Part shown: piece after piece, positions 39,501 through 53,056 of the stretch
How positions within the stretch are numbered: the stretch's first letter is position 1
How the letters are laid out: the number at the start of each line of letters is the position of its first letter
Source: Octopus sinensis
Taxonomy: Eukaryota
Assembly (NCBI RefSeq): GCF_006345805.1
Contig: NC_043015.1
Location: forward strand, 16,926,001 to 16,990,000
Direction: 5' to 3'
DNA: 64,000 bases
The notes under the pieces: model-generated
What the model saw: only the letters and a program-made list of their open reading frames with translations
Databases searched by the model: none
Told to the model about the DNA's origin: nothing
Translations under genes and position numbers: made by a program

Positions 39501-42438
39501 TCATTTTGTAGAAAGAAAAGCAGTAAAATGAAGGAAATACCTTCATTTAGAAGATCAAAAATAAAATCATATGCGAAAAAGAAATGAACATGCAATACAT
39601 TGATAAAAGTATTAAAAATAACTGTTAACAAATATGGATGTATAAACACCCTTGTGCAAGCTGCATGGTGCATGTACACTTGCTCATACAAGCATCTGTG
39701 AAAATGTAAGCATATGCACATGTGTGGTTTGGTGCACTCACAACCACAAAGCGAGTTAAATAGCAACTTGATATTTATGAGAATGGGTATGTTAAAGCTA
39801 AACTTAATTCATCTGTACCTTAAAGTAAATTATGTAAACAGTTACTCAAATTCATTCCCACTGCATTGTGCGTAAGTACATTTAAATGCATGTAGGCATC
39901 TTGAGAGTTTTTCAGAAATTCTATTAACCCTTTCGTTACTATATTTCTGACCAAAATACACCCCTTATGTGTTTCAATTAATTTCTAACGTAATCATAAA
40001 TTTAGTCTGGTTTCATTAAACACCTATAACTTTTTTATTTATCAATATATTAATCTGATTTTTGGAAGATAATTTAATGAAATATTCTCAACCAATTCTA
40101 TACTATAATTTTTGTCACAAAGTGACTCTAATTGCAGGTAGATACAGGTAAATTCAACAAAATATAAAATTAAAATTTTGTTCAAACATCACTATAGAAA
40201 ATGGGTTATTAGCTAATATTCAATTGGGTATACAACAAAATTTTACGATAGAATTTGTTATTCTGGGATAATGTGACCAAACTTTCTGTTTTCTGATACC
40301 CATAATAATATTTACGGCAAAATAGTCTTAATTTCATTTAAGGTTATGGGAAACCACAAACTATCGTTTCTTTCGCTTTGTTTACATTTAGCGTAACAGT
40401 TCGTTTCCACCGTAATGATTTCAAATAGGCTCATTCGAAAAAGTAAAAAGAAATAGTCTAAGGCTTTACTCCTCTGGGAAAGTCTGTGGCTTGGTCCAGT
40501 TTCTTCAGAAAAATCACCGAAAGAAATAGTTTTTAAATTTTCACTCCATTCAGGTGCCAATTCATTTTCTTTATCGCTGTCGGAGCTCTCGAATTCACTG
40601 TTTTCACTTTCGGAAAATGAAACATCAGATTCATTATCAAATACCATGTGCTTTTTTTTTTCAGTCATAGAGTTAGATTTATGAAGGTCTTCAGTATAAT
40701 ATCCTTCGAATTCTGACTCGCTGCTTGATATAATGAAATTCGTATCCATTTTTTGTCAGAATTACAAATTTTGAAAACACAATAGGAACAAATTTCGGAA
40801 AAAAATCTCTCAAAATTCACGGAATTAAAATTACACTTCGATTATTGTACAAAACTGTAGTTGAACTGTTTATGAAGTATAATACGTGTTTTCACGATTG
40901 TACTAAAGAGATTTGCTCTGATATTCTCATTTAAATATGAATAGGTAAATTCGGGCGGCTTTGGGCGGTTTGGTCACATTAACCAAAATTTTTTTCGGGC
41001 GGCTTTGGGCGGTTTGGTAACGAAAGGGTTAATGATCTTCTCATTGGTTCACAGAATAGACAGGTATTCCTTGGAGCAGAATTGGCATCTCCTGGAAATG
41101 ACATTGTATGGTTTTGCATGCCTTACTATGGATCAAGTTATGTTATATAACAAAGATGTTATATGTCCTTTATTGATTCTCTTGATGCTGGCGACATGGT
41201 TGTGATAACAATTCTTAAATGAATCAGCCATCTGCCCAATGTAAACATTGTGTGCACAGTACATTTACATACAAGATTTGTACTCATACAAAGGTTCATC
41301 AATGGGCATTTTAATTTTTCTCTGCATGAGCATTTATCATAATTATATATGCAGTTCTGACTTCATTTTTGGAAGTTGTTTCCATGTTAGTTATATCATA
41401 AGCATTTCTCCTATTACAATTTGACCGTGATTGGTGCTTTTATATATATACTGAAGGACGATCTCCGGATGCTGAACCTCTCAGACAAGATGTCAAAGGA
41501 CCGAGATACCTGGTGCCTTGCTGTACTCAAGAAGACCCGTCTTCCACAGCAGAAGTGTTAAGGTCACTCACCCTGGAGGATTGGCCTGCAAGAGTCATGC
41601 GTTGGTGCCATGTTAAAAGCACTTGTGCCAGTGCCACACACTGCTACTTGTGTGGTGTCATGTTAAAAGCATCCAACCATAGAAACCAAACCAAATCAGA
41701 CTAGAACCTGGTGCAGCTTCCCAGCTCTAGTCAAACCATCCAACTCATACTAGCATGGAAAATGGACATTGAAGGATGATGATGATAATGATCTCATACA
41801 TATCATCATCATTTAATGTCCATGTTCTATGCTGGCATGGGTTGATGGTTTGACAAGGATCTGATGGGTCTGAGGACTACATCATATTCCAATGTCTACT
41901 ACTTTGGCTTGGTTTCTATTGATGGATGCCCTTCTTAACATCAACTATTTTAGTGTATCCTGGGTCCTTTTTTGTGCCACCTGCACTATTGAAGTCATCA
42001 TATTGCTCACAAATCTACAAAACCAAGGATGGGGGATGTTGTATCTTGATATTAGATGAGAATTAAAGTACAAGAGAAGAGGTTGGAGTAGAGCAAGTTC
42101 TCTCTCCTAAATGGGTACTCACATTTAGGAGAGAGTGAGAGAACAGGTGGTATCTTGAAAGAGATAATTAGTGGTTGTGAGTTGTCCAGGTGGTACCTCA
42201 AGGTATAAAATGAGTAGGGGTTGCAAGGGGGAGAAGAGAGTGGAAAGGGGAGGGAGAGAGGCAACATCTGTAAAGATTGGGAAGGGTTGAGGGAAACATA
42301 TCTATCTATTTGTATCTGCCTGTCTCTGTATTTGTATATATATATATATATATATATATATGGTGTACATATATATATATTGGTGTCTGTTAGCAAGTGC
42401 ACTACTCTTTTTGCAGATTTTATTATTGTATCTGTGTG

Positions 42439-42475
<37 letters not shown>

Positions 42476-43642
42476 TAGCTTAAGGTGACCCGCTCTACAC
42501 GCGGGTAAGAGTGTGGTTGTTACTTTCTGTAGCTCCCTTTCAGCACATAAAAAGCACCATCCGAACGTGGCCGATGGCAGCGCCGCCTTGACTGGCTTCT
42601 GTGCCGGTGGCATGTAAAAAGCACCAACCGATCGTAGTCGCTGCCAGCCCCCCTGGCACCTGTGCCAGCGGCACAAAAAAAGCACCCACTACATTCACAG
42701 AGTGGTTGGCGTTAGGAAGGGCATCCAGCTGTAGAAACACTGCCAGATCAGACTGGAGCCTGGTGCAGCCTCCTGGCTTCCCAGACCCCAGTCAAACTGT
42801 CCAACCCGTGCTAGCATGGAAAACGGACGTTAAACGATGATGACGATGATTCTCCCTCTTTGTTTCTCTCTCCTTTCTCTCTTACTTTTCTTTTCTCTCG
42901 GACTCTCCCTCGCTTTCTCTTACTCTCTATCTTTATCTATCTCTCTCCCATTTATAAACAACAAAAGATCTTGAGTAAGTTGAGAAATAAAATATTTTGA
43001 AAGATCAATCATAAATATCAGGCAGTGACAACAGAAAGGTCTGCTTCAAGGCAGACAGCAAAACACTAACATTTAAAAGGGACAGACGAACTTGCGAGCT
43101 GAATAAAAATAATAAAATATTGGAAACCAAAGTTTGAAGGGATAGACCTGAGGATAGTAGAGTCACCATGGCTGGCATTTCTTAACAACAGACAGCAACG
43201 TATTGACAGTTTGACGGCTGGCATAAAATTTTGAACTTGATGTAAAAGAAAATTCCTAAACACCAAGTTTTGAAGTGATTCTTTCTCACGACAGTAGACT
43301 CACCATGGCAAGCATTCAAAACTTCTTCATCATGGACGGCAACACATTGACGATTAAAAGGCTGGTGCAAATTTTTTAGCTTGATGTAACAGAGAATTCC
43401 TAAACACCCGCTCCTGTAAATTTTAATCCCCTTCCAGCCCCATTTATACCCCTTTTCACATTTTGGTTAATATAACCCAATTTCATTTGGGTCTACTGGG
43501 ACCACATTTTATAAGATGAGGAATTTTGTCCTAGAGGTCAAGCCTTTCATTTGAGGAAAAAAATAGTTGTCATGCAAACTTGCCAGCACTTTTAACATAG
43601 GTGTGCATATTTTCAGCTCAACCGACCACATAATGCACACAT

Positions 43643-43673
<31 letters not shown>

Positions 43674-45168
43674 TAGAGATAAAACCACTAATAGGCAAAT
43701 CAAACAGTGAAAAACATAAACCAAAGCATAAAAATAAAAATATAATATACAAAATATATAAAATATAAAATTAAAAAATTAAAATTATTTAAATTTAAAA
43801 TTAAAATTATTAATTTATATTTATATTTTTTTAAAAATATATATAACTATCAAAAAGTATTAAAAAGTTTAATATACATAAATACAGATATATACACTTT
43901 GCTGATTACATCTAGTTAACAAATGTTATCAACTATTTCTAGTGATCTATCTTATTTACAAGATTCTATTTCCAGTGTGCTCTTAGTACGATACTCCAGT
44001 GTATCTCTCACATACAAAGCTTATTTTTTTGTCTTAATTAGCCTTTGATTTCACATTCCACAGCTTACATTAGGTACAGCATATGTTGTTTATACCTATT
44101 ATTGAGCAAGGCTCTGTCTTCTTTCCTATTTACCAAAACTTTCATCTTTGCTAAGTTTATCTTAAGACCTCAAATTTAGGTTTCACTTCCATACCTCAAA
44201 TATTTCTCTCTAATTTTGCTATAGATTCAATTATGAGAACTAGATCATCAGCATACATGTATAAATATTTTTAAGACAAAACAATGTGAGTTATAAGAAA
44301 TGATACAAGTTGATGGTTTGCACTTTTATCTTATAGTTCAATGCTTTGGGGTTAGAAGCCCTTCTTCGGGAAATCTTTGGAGATATGCTGGTGTGAGATG
44401 ATAACACTTCATTGAAGATTTCCTGAAGACGAGGTCCCAACCAGAAATATTGAAATACAAGTACAAACTATCAGATATTATTTGGCCTAAAAACATAAAT
44501 TAAAAACATCTCTATCAGACAATGTTTCATGCAAACAAGGTGTATATATATATATATAAATAGTTATCGCCATACTAATATGGCAATCTTATAAATATAA
44601 GACTAAAGCTATTTGACACACAATCTGCGTCTATTATAGACTTTCGAATAGGGGAGGTCAGCCGCTTCATCCTGCTAGTCAGACAGCTGCAGACGCGTTT
44701 CAGGTAAATAGATTCTTCAAACAGGGACAGTCAGTAGCGACACCTGCTGGGTCTGACTACGCTGCATTGATAAAGGGCAACTACCCTGAAACGCGTCTGC
44801 AGCTGTCTGACTAGCAGGATGAAGCGGCTGACCTCCCCTATTCGAAAGTCTATAATGGACGCAGATTGTGTGTCAAATAGCTAGCTTGAGGCGGTGGCCT
44901 CTTGGAGCTAATCATCGACAGCTTTAGTCTTATATTAGTATGGTGATAACTATTAATTTCCAGTAACGCTACCGTAATCTCTTTTAGAGAGACTTAGTAA
45001 TTTTAATATTTCTATTATATATATATATATACAAACAAAATTTATTGTATAAATTTTGTATGTAAAACAATTTTTAATCTTCGATTTTTTAAAAAATATG
45101 CTCAGCCACTGGTTTTAATTAATATCAATTTCTACGCTTATTTAATTTTACATATATATATATATAGA

Positions 45169-45229
<61 letters not shown>

Positions 45230-47723
45230 GATCAGAGAATAAACATCAAATTTGAGTCAACAACTTTATACATAACATTTGATCATATGCAAATAAAAAT
45301 ACAGATATATAGAATGGCCTATCAAGAAGGTATATACAATCAACTAAAACTTCTAAAGCGTGTCATATGACTTAATAAAATAAAATAATAATTGACTAAA
45401 AGATCTTTTTTACTCCCCTCAAACAAAAAAAAATTGTCAAAAAAGCATGGTAGGTTGGAGAGCTGATTCCACCAATTTCTTCGATATTACTATGGGGTCA
45501 TCAGATTCAGAATATGTGACCAATTTAGTGGGCCTATGCCTCCTTTCACAGATTAAGGATAGTTTTCCCTTCCTTACGGGGGAGGGGGAGGGGTTATATA
45601 GGGATGATACACTTCTTGCTGTATGTGGCCAGTTTAAAACTGCATTGAATAGGTTGAAGAAATCCCTGAGAGGTTTCTTAAAGGATTTCTTTAATCTTAA
45701 CATTATTTTTGATGTTAACTCCAGAGTGGTGAATTTCTTGGATGTTACCTTGAATTTGGATACTGGTTTATACTACCCCTTTAATCCATCTCGTATATCA
45801 ATGTCTTCTCCAATCACCTAAAATCTACTATTAAAGGCATCGTTCCCACTATCTCAATCAGAATCTCTAACTTGTCTGCAAACGAAGAGATTTTTGATCA
45901 ACATGCTCCAGTATACAACAACACTCTAAAATTAAGTGGCTTCAAAACTAAAATCTCATATATACTTAGCATGAGATTTAAGAACAAAATGGCTGGTCTA
46001 CCATCTGACCATGTCATGGAAAGTCAAGAGAAATGCAATGCATTATTCTATTGCAACCAATATAAGCCATCAGTTAGATACTTATATAAAGATATTAGGA
46101 ATAGATACTGGAAGCGAAATAGTGACAGTGAGGAGATGAGTAAAACCAAAAGCTTACGTTCTAGAATACAGGAAGTCATATGGTTCGCACCCCCTTCCCC
46201 TTTTCTCTTAGGGTAAGAAATTTGCCCAAGTTGTTTTTTAAGATTCTGAAGGAGAACTTCCCGAAGAATCATAAATGCTACAGCATCTGTAATAAATCCT
46301 CCATCAAATTTTCTTACTTGGTAATGCTGAATTTGGCCTCCATTACTGCATCTATCAATAGAAACAAATTAAATGGGCAAGTGCACTGGAAGTATTCCTC
46401 TGTTGGTAACCCTGGTATTGGGCAGATAAGCTCTAATAAGCCTAAGGTTAGTGTTACAAACCATTTACTTCCGGCTTTATCGACCCCCTGTAATGAGATA
46501 TCTGAAGGAAAGAACGCGGGAAGCCAGGTAAGTAATGTTAGTATTAGTAATAAGGATATGGGTGGTTCTGGTAAATCTTGTAATTGTAGAAGCCCTAGAT
46601 TATGTCACCTTGACAGATTCTGTCTGAGTACTAATGCCATATATAAATGCATTGTTAAAGAGAAGGGTAATTTGGATAGGTTTTACATAGGCAATACTAT
46701 CAATTTTAAGGCTAGGTATAGAGCCCACATGAATTCATTCTTGATCAAAAAATATTGTAACTCCACTACACTTGCCTCTTATATATATGGTTTAAAGAGG
46801 AATAAAAAAGTTATTCTCTTGAATGGTCTGATATCTCGAGGGCCCCTTATTTTAGAGTTAATATTAACAAGTGTAAGTTGTGTGTAAGGGAATCTCTTGC
46901 CATCTTTAAGTCCTTTGGGCCTAAAGCGTTATATAAATTTACAGAGGTGATCCCTTTTTGCAACCATAAGTTTTCTTTTCTGAAAGTATATAGAAGTAAA
47001 ACTAGATGTGGTAACTAATATTTTTTATGGGGTTTTGAAACTGGATAGTAAAAATTCCTATTATTAGCAGTCACCTGCACGTTTGGCAATGAGATAATTT
47101 CTTTTCTTTTTCTTGTGTGTGTTAGAAAAGTTCAACTGGTCTGATGATAGATTATTATCTTTAAATTAGCCATGTGCTGTTGTAACTCCCGTGAATGAAT
47201 AATTTGTTTAGATTCCTGAAGGGGTCATTGCTGAGATGCACCTTAACTCATAATTGAACCGTGGTGTAGAACTTCCAAAACGGCCATAGATGAGTTTGAC
47301 TTGATTTTGTGGAACTCTTTTACGCTCCTACCATGGTTTTTATGTAATGAACTTTTTTTACATTTATTTTTTTTGTTTGAGGGGAGTAAGAAAAATCTTT
47401 TTAGTCAATTGATATTTTATTTTATTTAGATTTTTAGTTGCATGACACGCTTCAGAATAGTTAGTCGATTGTATATACCTTCTTCATTGGCCGTTCTATA
47501 TATCTGTATTTTTATTTGCATATATATTTTAACCTGTGTTTTTATATATGCATTCTTATGTTGAAAGGCCATGGTAATATTTATATATGATCAAATGTTT
47601 CGAGGCATGGTGTTATGTATAAAGACGTTGACTTGAATTTGATATTTGTTCTCTGATCAATGTTTTTTTTTATCTCTGTCTCAATTACATTTGAGCACTT
47701 CTTTTTTGCAGTCTCTCTCTCTC

Positions 47724-47765
<42 letters not shown>

Positions 47766-47829
47766 TATATGTAAATATATATATATATATGTATATGTAT
47801 ATATAAGTATATGTAAATATGTATATATA

Positions 47830-47916
<87 letters not shown>

Positions 47917-47996
47917 ATATAAGTATATATATATATATATTGTGTGTGTGTGTGTCTGTATATATATATAAATATGTAAGTATATATATATATAAA

Positions 47997-48074
<78 letters not shown>

Positions 48075-50505
48075 ATATATAAGTATATATATATATATAT
48101 TGTGTGTGTGTGTGTGTCTGTATATATATATAAATATGTAAGTATATATATATATAAATATATATGTGTGTGTGTATGTATATATATATATATATGTAAA
48201 TATATACAAATTGAGATAGGGGTTGTAAATGCAACCCTCCATGGGATATATCCAATATACTGCTAGTGAAGTACCGAACAAGGTTAATACATAAATGTTA
48301 AGGATTGCGATGCAATCAATTCATTTACTGTATTATATGGGCAAAGGTAAAATGTTTTACCACAAATTCATAATACAAAATAAGAAAATGGAGAAATACA
48401 TCTAAATCAAATATCAATTACCAGATAATACTCAATCACATGCTTTATTAAATCACCACATAAGAAACTATAGGGTTAAACATAAAAAAGTAGAGCAAAA
48501 CAGTGTACATAAAGGAGTATACATAAAAAAGTGTACATAAAAGAGTAATGTTATACAAAGAAGCCTGGGTTATAAAAAACATTAAATCAAACCCAAAGGT
48601 CTTCTTTCATTAAGCGAAAGAAAGTCTCAATACACTACAAGATAGGACCCCCTCCTCCAAAAGGATGGCTCCCTCACAGACAGTCCAACTAAGATCAGTG
48701 AGATGCTGAATGACCAGTTCAAAAGTGTCTTTACCACCCCGTTGGAACACAGACAAGTGAACGAACCAGTGGACTTCTTTGCCACCTCACCTATATCAGT
48801 GAGGCGGTTACAATGGAATGTATTGACATTAGCGAAGAAGATATACTACTAGCCATAGATGAAGTGGACACAAACTCAACTGCTGGTCCTGATAGTTTCC
48901 CAGCAATCTTCCTCAAATCGTGTAAGCATGCCCTGGCAAAACCCCTACAGATTCTCTTCCAGAGCTTTCTTGCAAATGGCAAACTGCCAAGCAAGCTGAA
49001 GGAGGGAATAATATGCCCAGTCCATAAAGGGGGAAGCAGAGCAGATGCCAAAAACTATAGGCCTATCTCTCTGACTTCACACAGCAAAGTCATGGAATGT
49101 ATAGTCAGAGGGAAATTAATCGCATTCCTTGAGGAAAATAACTTGCTGAGTGATACCCAGCATGGCTTTCGACCAGGTAGGAGTTGCTTGACCCAGCTCT
49201 TACAACATTATGACTGGGTGTTGAGGCAGTTACTCAACAACTCAAATGTGGACGTAATATACCTTGATTTTGCAAAAGCTTTTGACAAGGTGGATCATGG
49301 TATGATATGCCACAAACTGCATGATCTTGGCATGTGGTTACAAGACTTTCTGAAAGATAGGAGTCAGGTAGTAGTGGCTAATGGAGCCACCTCTATGAAC
49401 ACACAAATAGCGAGCAGTGTTCCACAGGGCACTGTCTTGGAACCACTGCTTTTTATAGTGGCCCTCTCAGATATGCCCTCAAATGCCTGGATAGCCACCC
49501 TTGCAAGCTATGCAGATGATATGAAAGTCTTGCAGAAAATATAGAACCCCAGCAATGTTGCACACCTGCAGCAGGAGTTGGACTCAATTTACAGTTGTAC
49601 TGAGGATAATATTATGCAGTTTAATGCTGAAAAATTCCAACCCCTGCATTACCAGCATCGAAAACTGAATATGAAACTTACAGGGTACATTGGTCCACAG
49701 GGAATTTCAATTCCAGAGCCTAAACCAGTGAGGGACCTGGGTAAAGACATGAGTAATGATACCTCTTTCCAAGTGCACATTACCAGGATGGCGACAAAGT
49801 GCAGATGACTGACTGGATGGCTCTTAAGAACATTCAGAACCAGAGATAAGGAAACCATGATGGTCCTCTGGTGGGACGACGCTGCATAGTGCCAAAGATC
49901 CCAGCAACACCATTGCACTTCAGGACTAGTTACTGCAACAGCCTGGGTTTCAAGGGCCCACAGCTTTTTAATATTCTCCCAAAGAGCCTGAGGAACCTAC
50001 ACAAATAGATGTAGGCGTTTTTAGATCAAAGCTGGACCTCTTCCTGTAGAGAGTCCCAGATGAACCTACATCAAGGCAAGAGGTGCAAATGAGGGTATTT
50101 ATATCAAACTCCATTCTTCAAGTGCGACATATTGCAGGAGGCTCTCAGTAATAACAGTGTAGCAAAACAGTGGTGCATCAGCATGGCCGCAGCTCTGAGC
50201 TGAAACTACAGAAAAAACATCTCTCTCTCTCTCTCTCTCTCCATATATATATATATTATATATATATATATATATGATGATGATATGTATGTATATGTAA
50301 ACCCTCCTTCTTCCCTTCTTTCCTGAGCGTCCAATAATACTTTATTTGTTCCACGTCCTTGCGTTGTTGTGTTTTTTTGTTTTTGTTTTCTGGTTTGGAT
50401 TAACTATATATATATATATATATTATATATATATATATGTATGTATCTGTAGATATATATGTACATATATAACTACAGATATATATATGTATCTGTAGAT
50501 ATATA

Positions 50506-50540
<35 letters not shown>

Positions 50541-51435
50541 AAACATGAGCACGCAAGAAAAAACAACGCGAGGATATGGAATAAGTACAATGTTATTGGA
50601 TGCTCAGGAAAGGAAAGAAAAGAAAGAGGATTTCACGTTTTGAGCGGAGCTCTTCATCAGAAATATAGAAAAAGTCCACCGATACAACGGTTACATATCT
50701 GTAGATATATATATATGTGTGTGTGTGTGTGTAGATATATATATGTATATCTGTAGATATGTATATATACCTGAATATATATATATATTTATTTATGTAC
50801 AGATATATATATATATAAAATACAGTGTACATTTAAACACATTAAGAGGTTTCATCAGAGGAATCCTTTATACTAGAAAGAACAGCTAACGTTCAAACCA
50901 CTAATTAGGGAACAATTCTCGAAGGGAATGAAAAATAAAAACATTTACCATCTCTCTCCTGGACCATGGTTTCTGACTTATTTTAGTAAATAAAATAATT
51001 TACCAGGCGAAGTCTTTATCAACAGGTACGCCAAAGATTAAACATATAAACACTGATGCCAATCCAGCATGTGTCTCATTGCTTATACATTTAAATCTTT
51101 TTCAAATCCATGTTTGGTGTCCCTGTTGATGAAGACTTCACCTGGTAAATTATTTTATTTACTAAAATATGTCAGACACCATGGTCCAGGAAAGAGATGG
51201 TAAATGTTTTTATTTTTCATTCCCTTCGAGAATTTATCCCTAATTAGTGGTTTGGACTTTAGCTGTTCTTTCTAGTGTAAAGGATTCCTATGATGGAAAC
51301 CTCTTAATGTTTTTAAATGTACACTATTTTATATGAATAATATATAGTCTATCGACTAATTTTTCTATACGCTAGGCCACTGGTAGTAAATTTTTCTAAA
51401 ATCTTTATTACCCTGATATTAAGTGTACATATGTG

Positions 51436-51479
<44 letters not shown>

Positions 51480-52851
51480 AAATTAAAATAAGGGTGAAAA
51501 ATTGGATATTAATTTGATAACATCAATTTAACACCAGTTAAAGAGAATAATTCTAGAGAACAGTTCTTAGTGGTAAGACCATAGTGGATCTTCTTCTAGT
51601 GTAAGGGTTTCCACATAGTGGTAATTCCCGCTTATATGTATGTAATCATCATCATCATCATCGTTTAACGTCCGTTCTCCATGCTAGCATGGGTTGGACA
51701 GTTCGACCGGGGATCTGGGAAGCCAGAAGGCTGCACCAGGCTCCGGTCTTATCTGGCAACGTTTCTACAGCTGGATGCCCTTCCTAACGCCAACCACTCC
51801 GTGAGTGTAGTGGGTGCTTTTTACGTGCCACCTGCACTGGTGCCAGGCGAGGCTGGCATCGGCCATGGTCGGATTGGTGCATTTTATGGAAGCCAGTCAA
51901 GGTGGCACTGGCTTTGGCTACGATTCGGATGGTGCTTTTTACGTGCCACTGACATGGAAGCCAGTCGAGGCAGCGCTGGCATCGGCCACAATTTGGATGG
52001 TGCATTTTATGGAAGCCATATATATATATGTATGTGTGTGTGTATATATATATATATATGTATATATATGTATTGTAGCAATAGCCATTTTAGCCAGTTT
52101 GAAATGTGGCGCGAATTGGCAATATGACGTAATGTCTTTGCTGAGGAATTGCCATTTTCGTTCTTTTCCCATTGGTTAGTGTAACTGCTTGTATAAAGAT
52201 TTTTTTTTATCAGGTTGAGCAGTTATAAAAACCCTGGATTTGGGGAGAGACTTTAGTGTTCATTCGGTAGTCATTCAACTCCACGACACTCACTCTTTTG
52301 GAGACATCAGTAAATTTTTATGCCATGTCTACGTTAATCACAAATCTATTTTGATTTGTTGGTTAACTATTAGATAGAAAAAGAAATTAGCTATGGAATT
52401 TAAAGTCGTTTTTCTTCACGACTAAGTTATCTTTCTTCTTGTAAATAAATATAAAATGTTATATTTATATAAATAAAATAATTAAAAAGAAAATGTTTCT
52501 CTTCATGTTTGTTTTTCAACTGAGCATAGATAAATATGCATTTCTGAAATCTTTGTTTTATGTTTCTTATAGCGGTTTAAAGGACACGATTAAAATATTC
52601 AACATACATGGTCGTTGAGTTAGCGTTCTATGCGTATATGTCTATATGACGTTATAACTGCAGTTAGGGTTTTAGATAGAATGATAACACTTGAGTATAA
52701 GTGACGTTGAATCATTATATTCTCCCTTACTCAGAGGAAAGCCTAAATAAATAATATAACCTAAGAGAAAGCTTAAGGTAGAATAAACCGACAGCCGCCA
52801 TAGGAAAGTATATATATATACATATACATACATATACATTTATACACACAG

Positions 52852-52893
<42 letters not shown>

Positions 52894-52980
52894 GCAGATA
52901 TATATGTAAATATGTATATATACATATACATACATGCATACATATATATATACAGATATATATGTAATATGTATATATAC

Positions 52981-53056
<76 letters not shown>

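Noticed and set aside
47581-48281. Long YIYIY/THTH ORFs here and near 8076, 18431, 52727-54675 and 62200
   Set aside because: They are translations of (TA)n/(CA)n microsatellites, which contain few stop codons; not genes.
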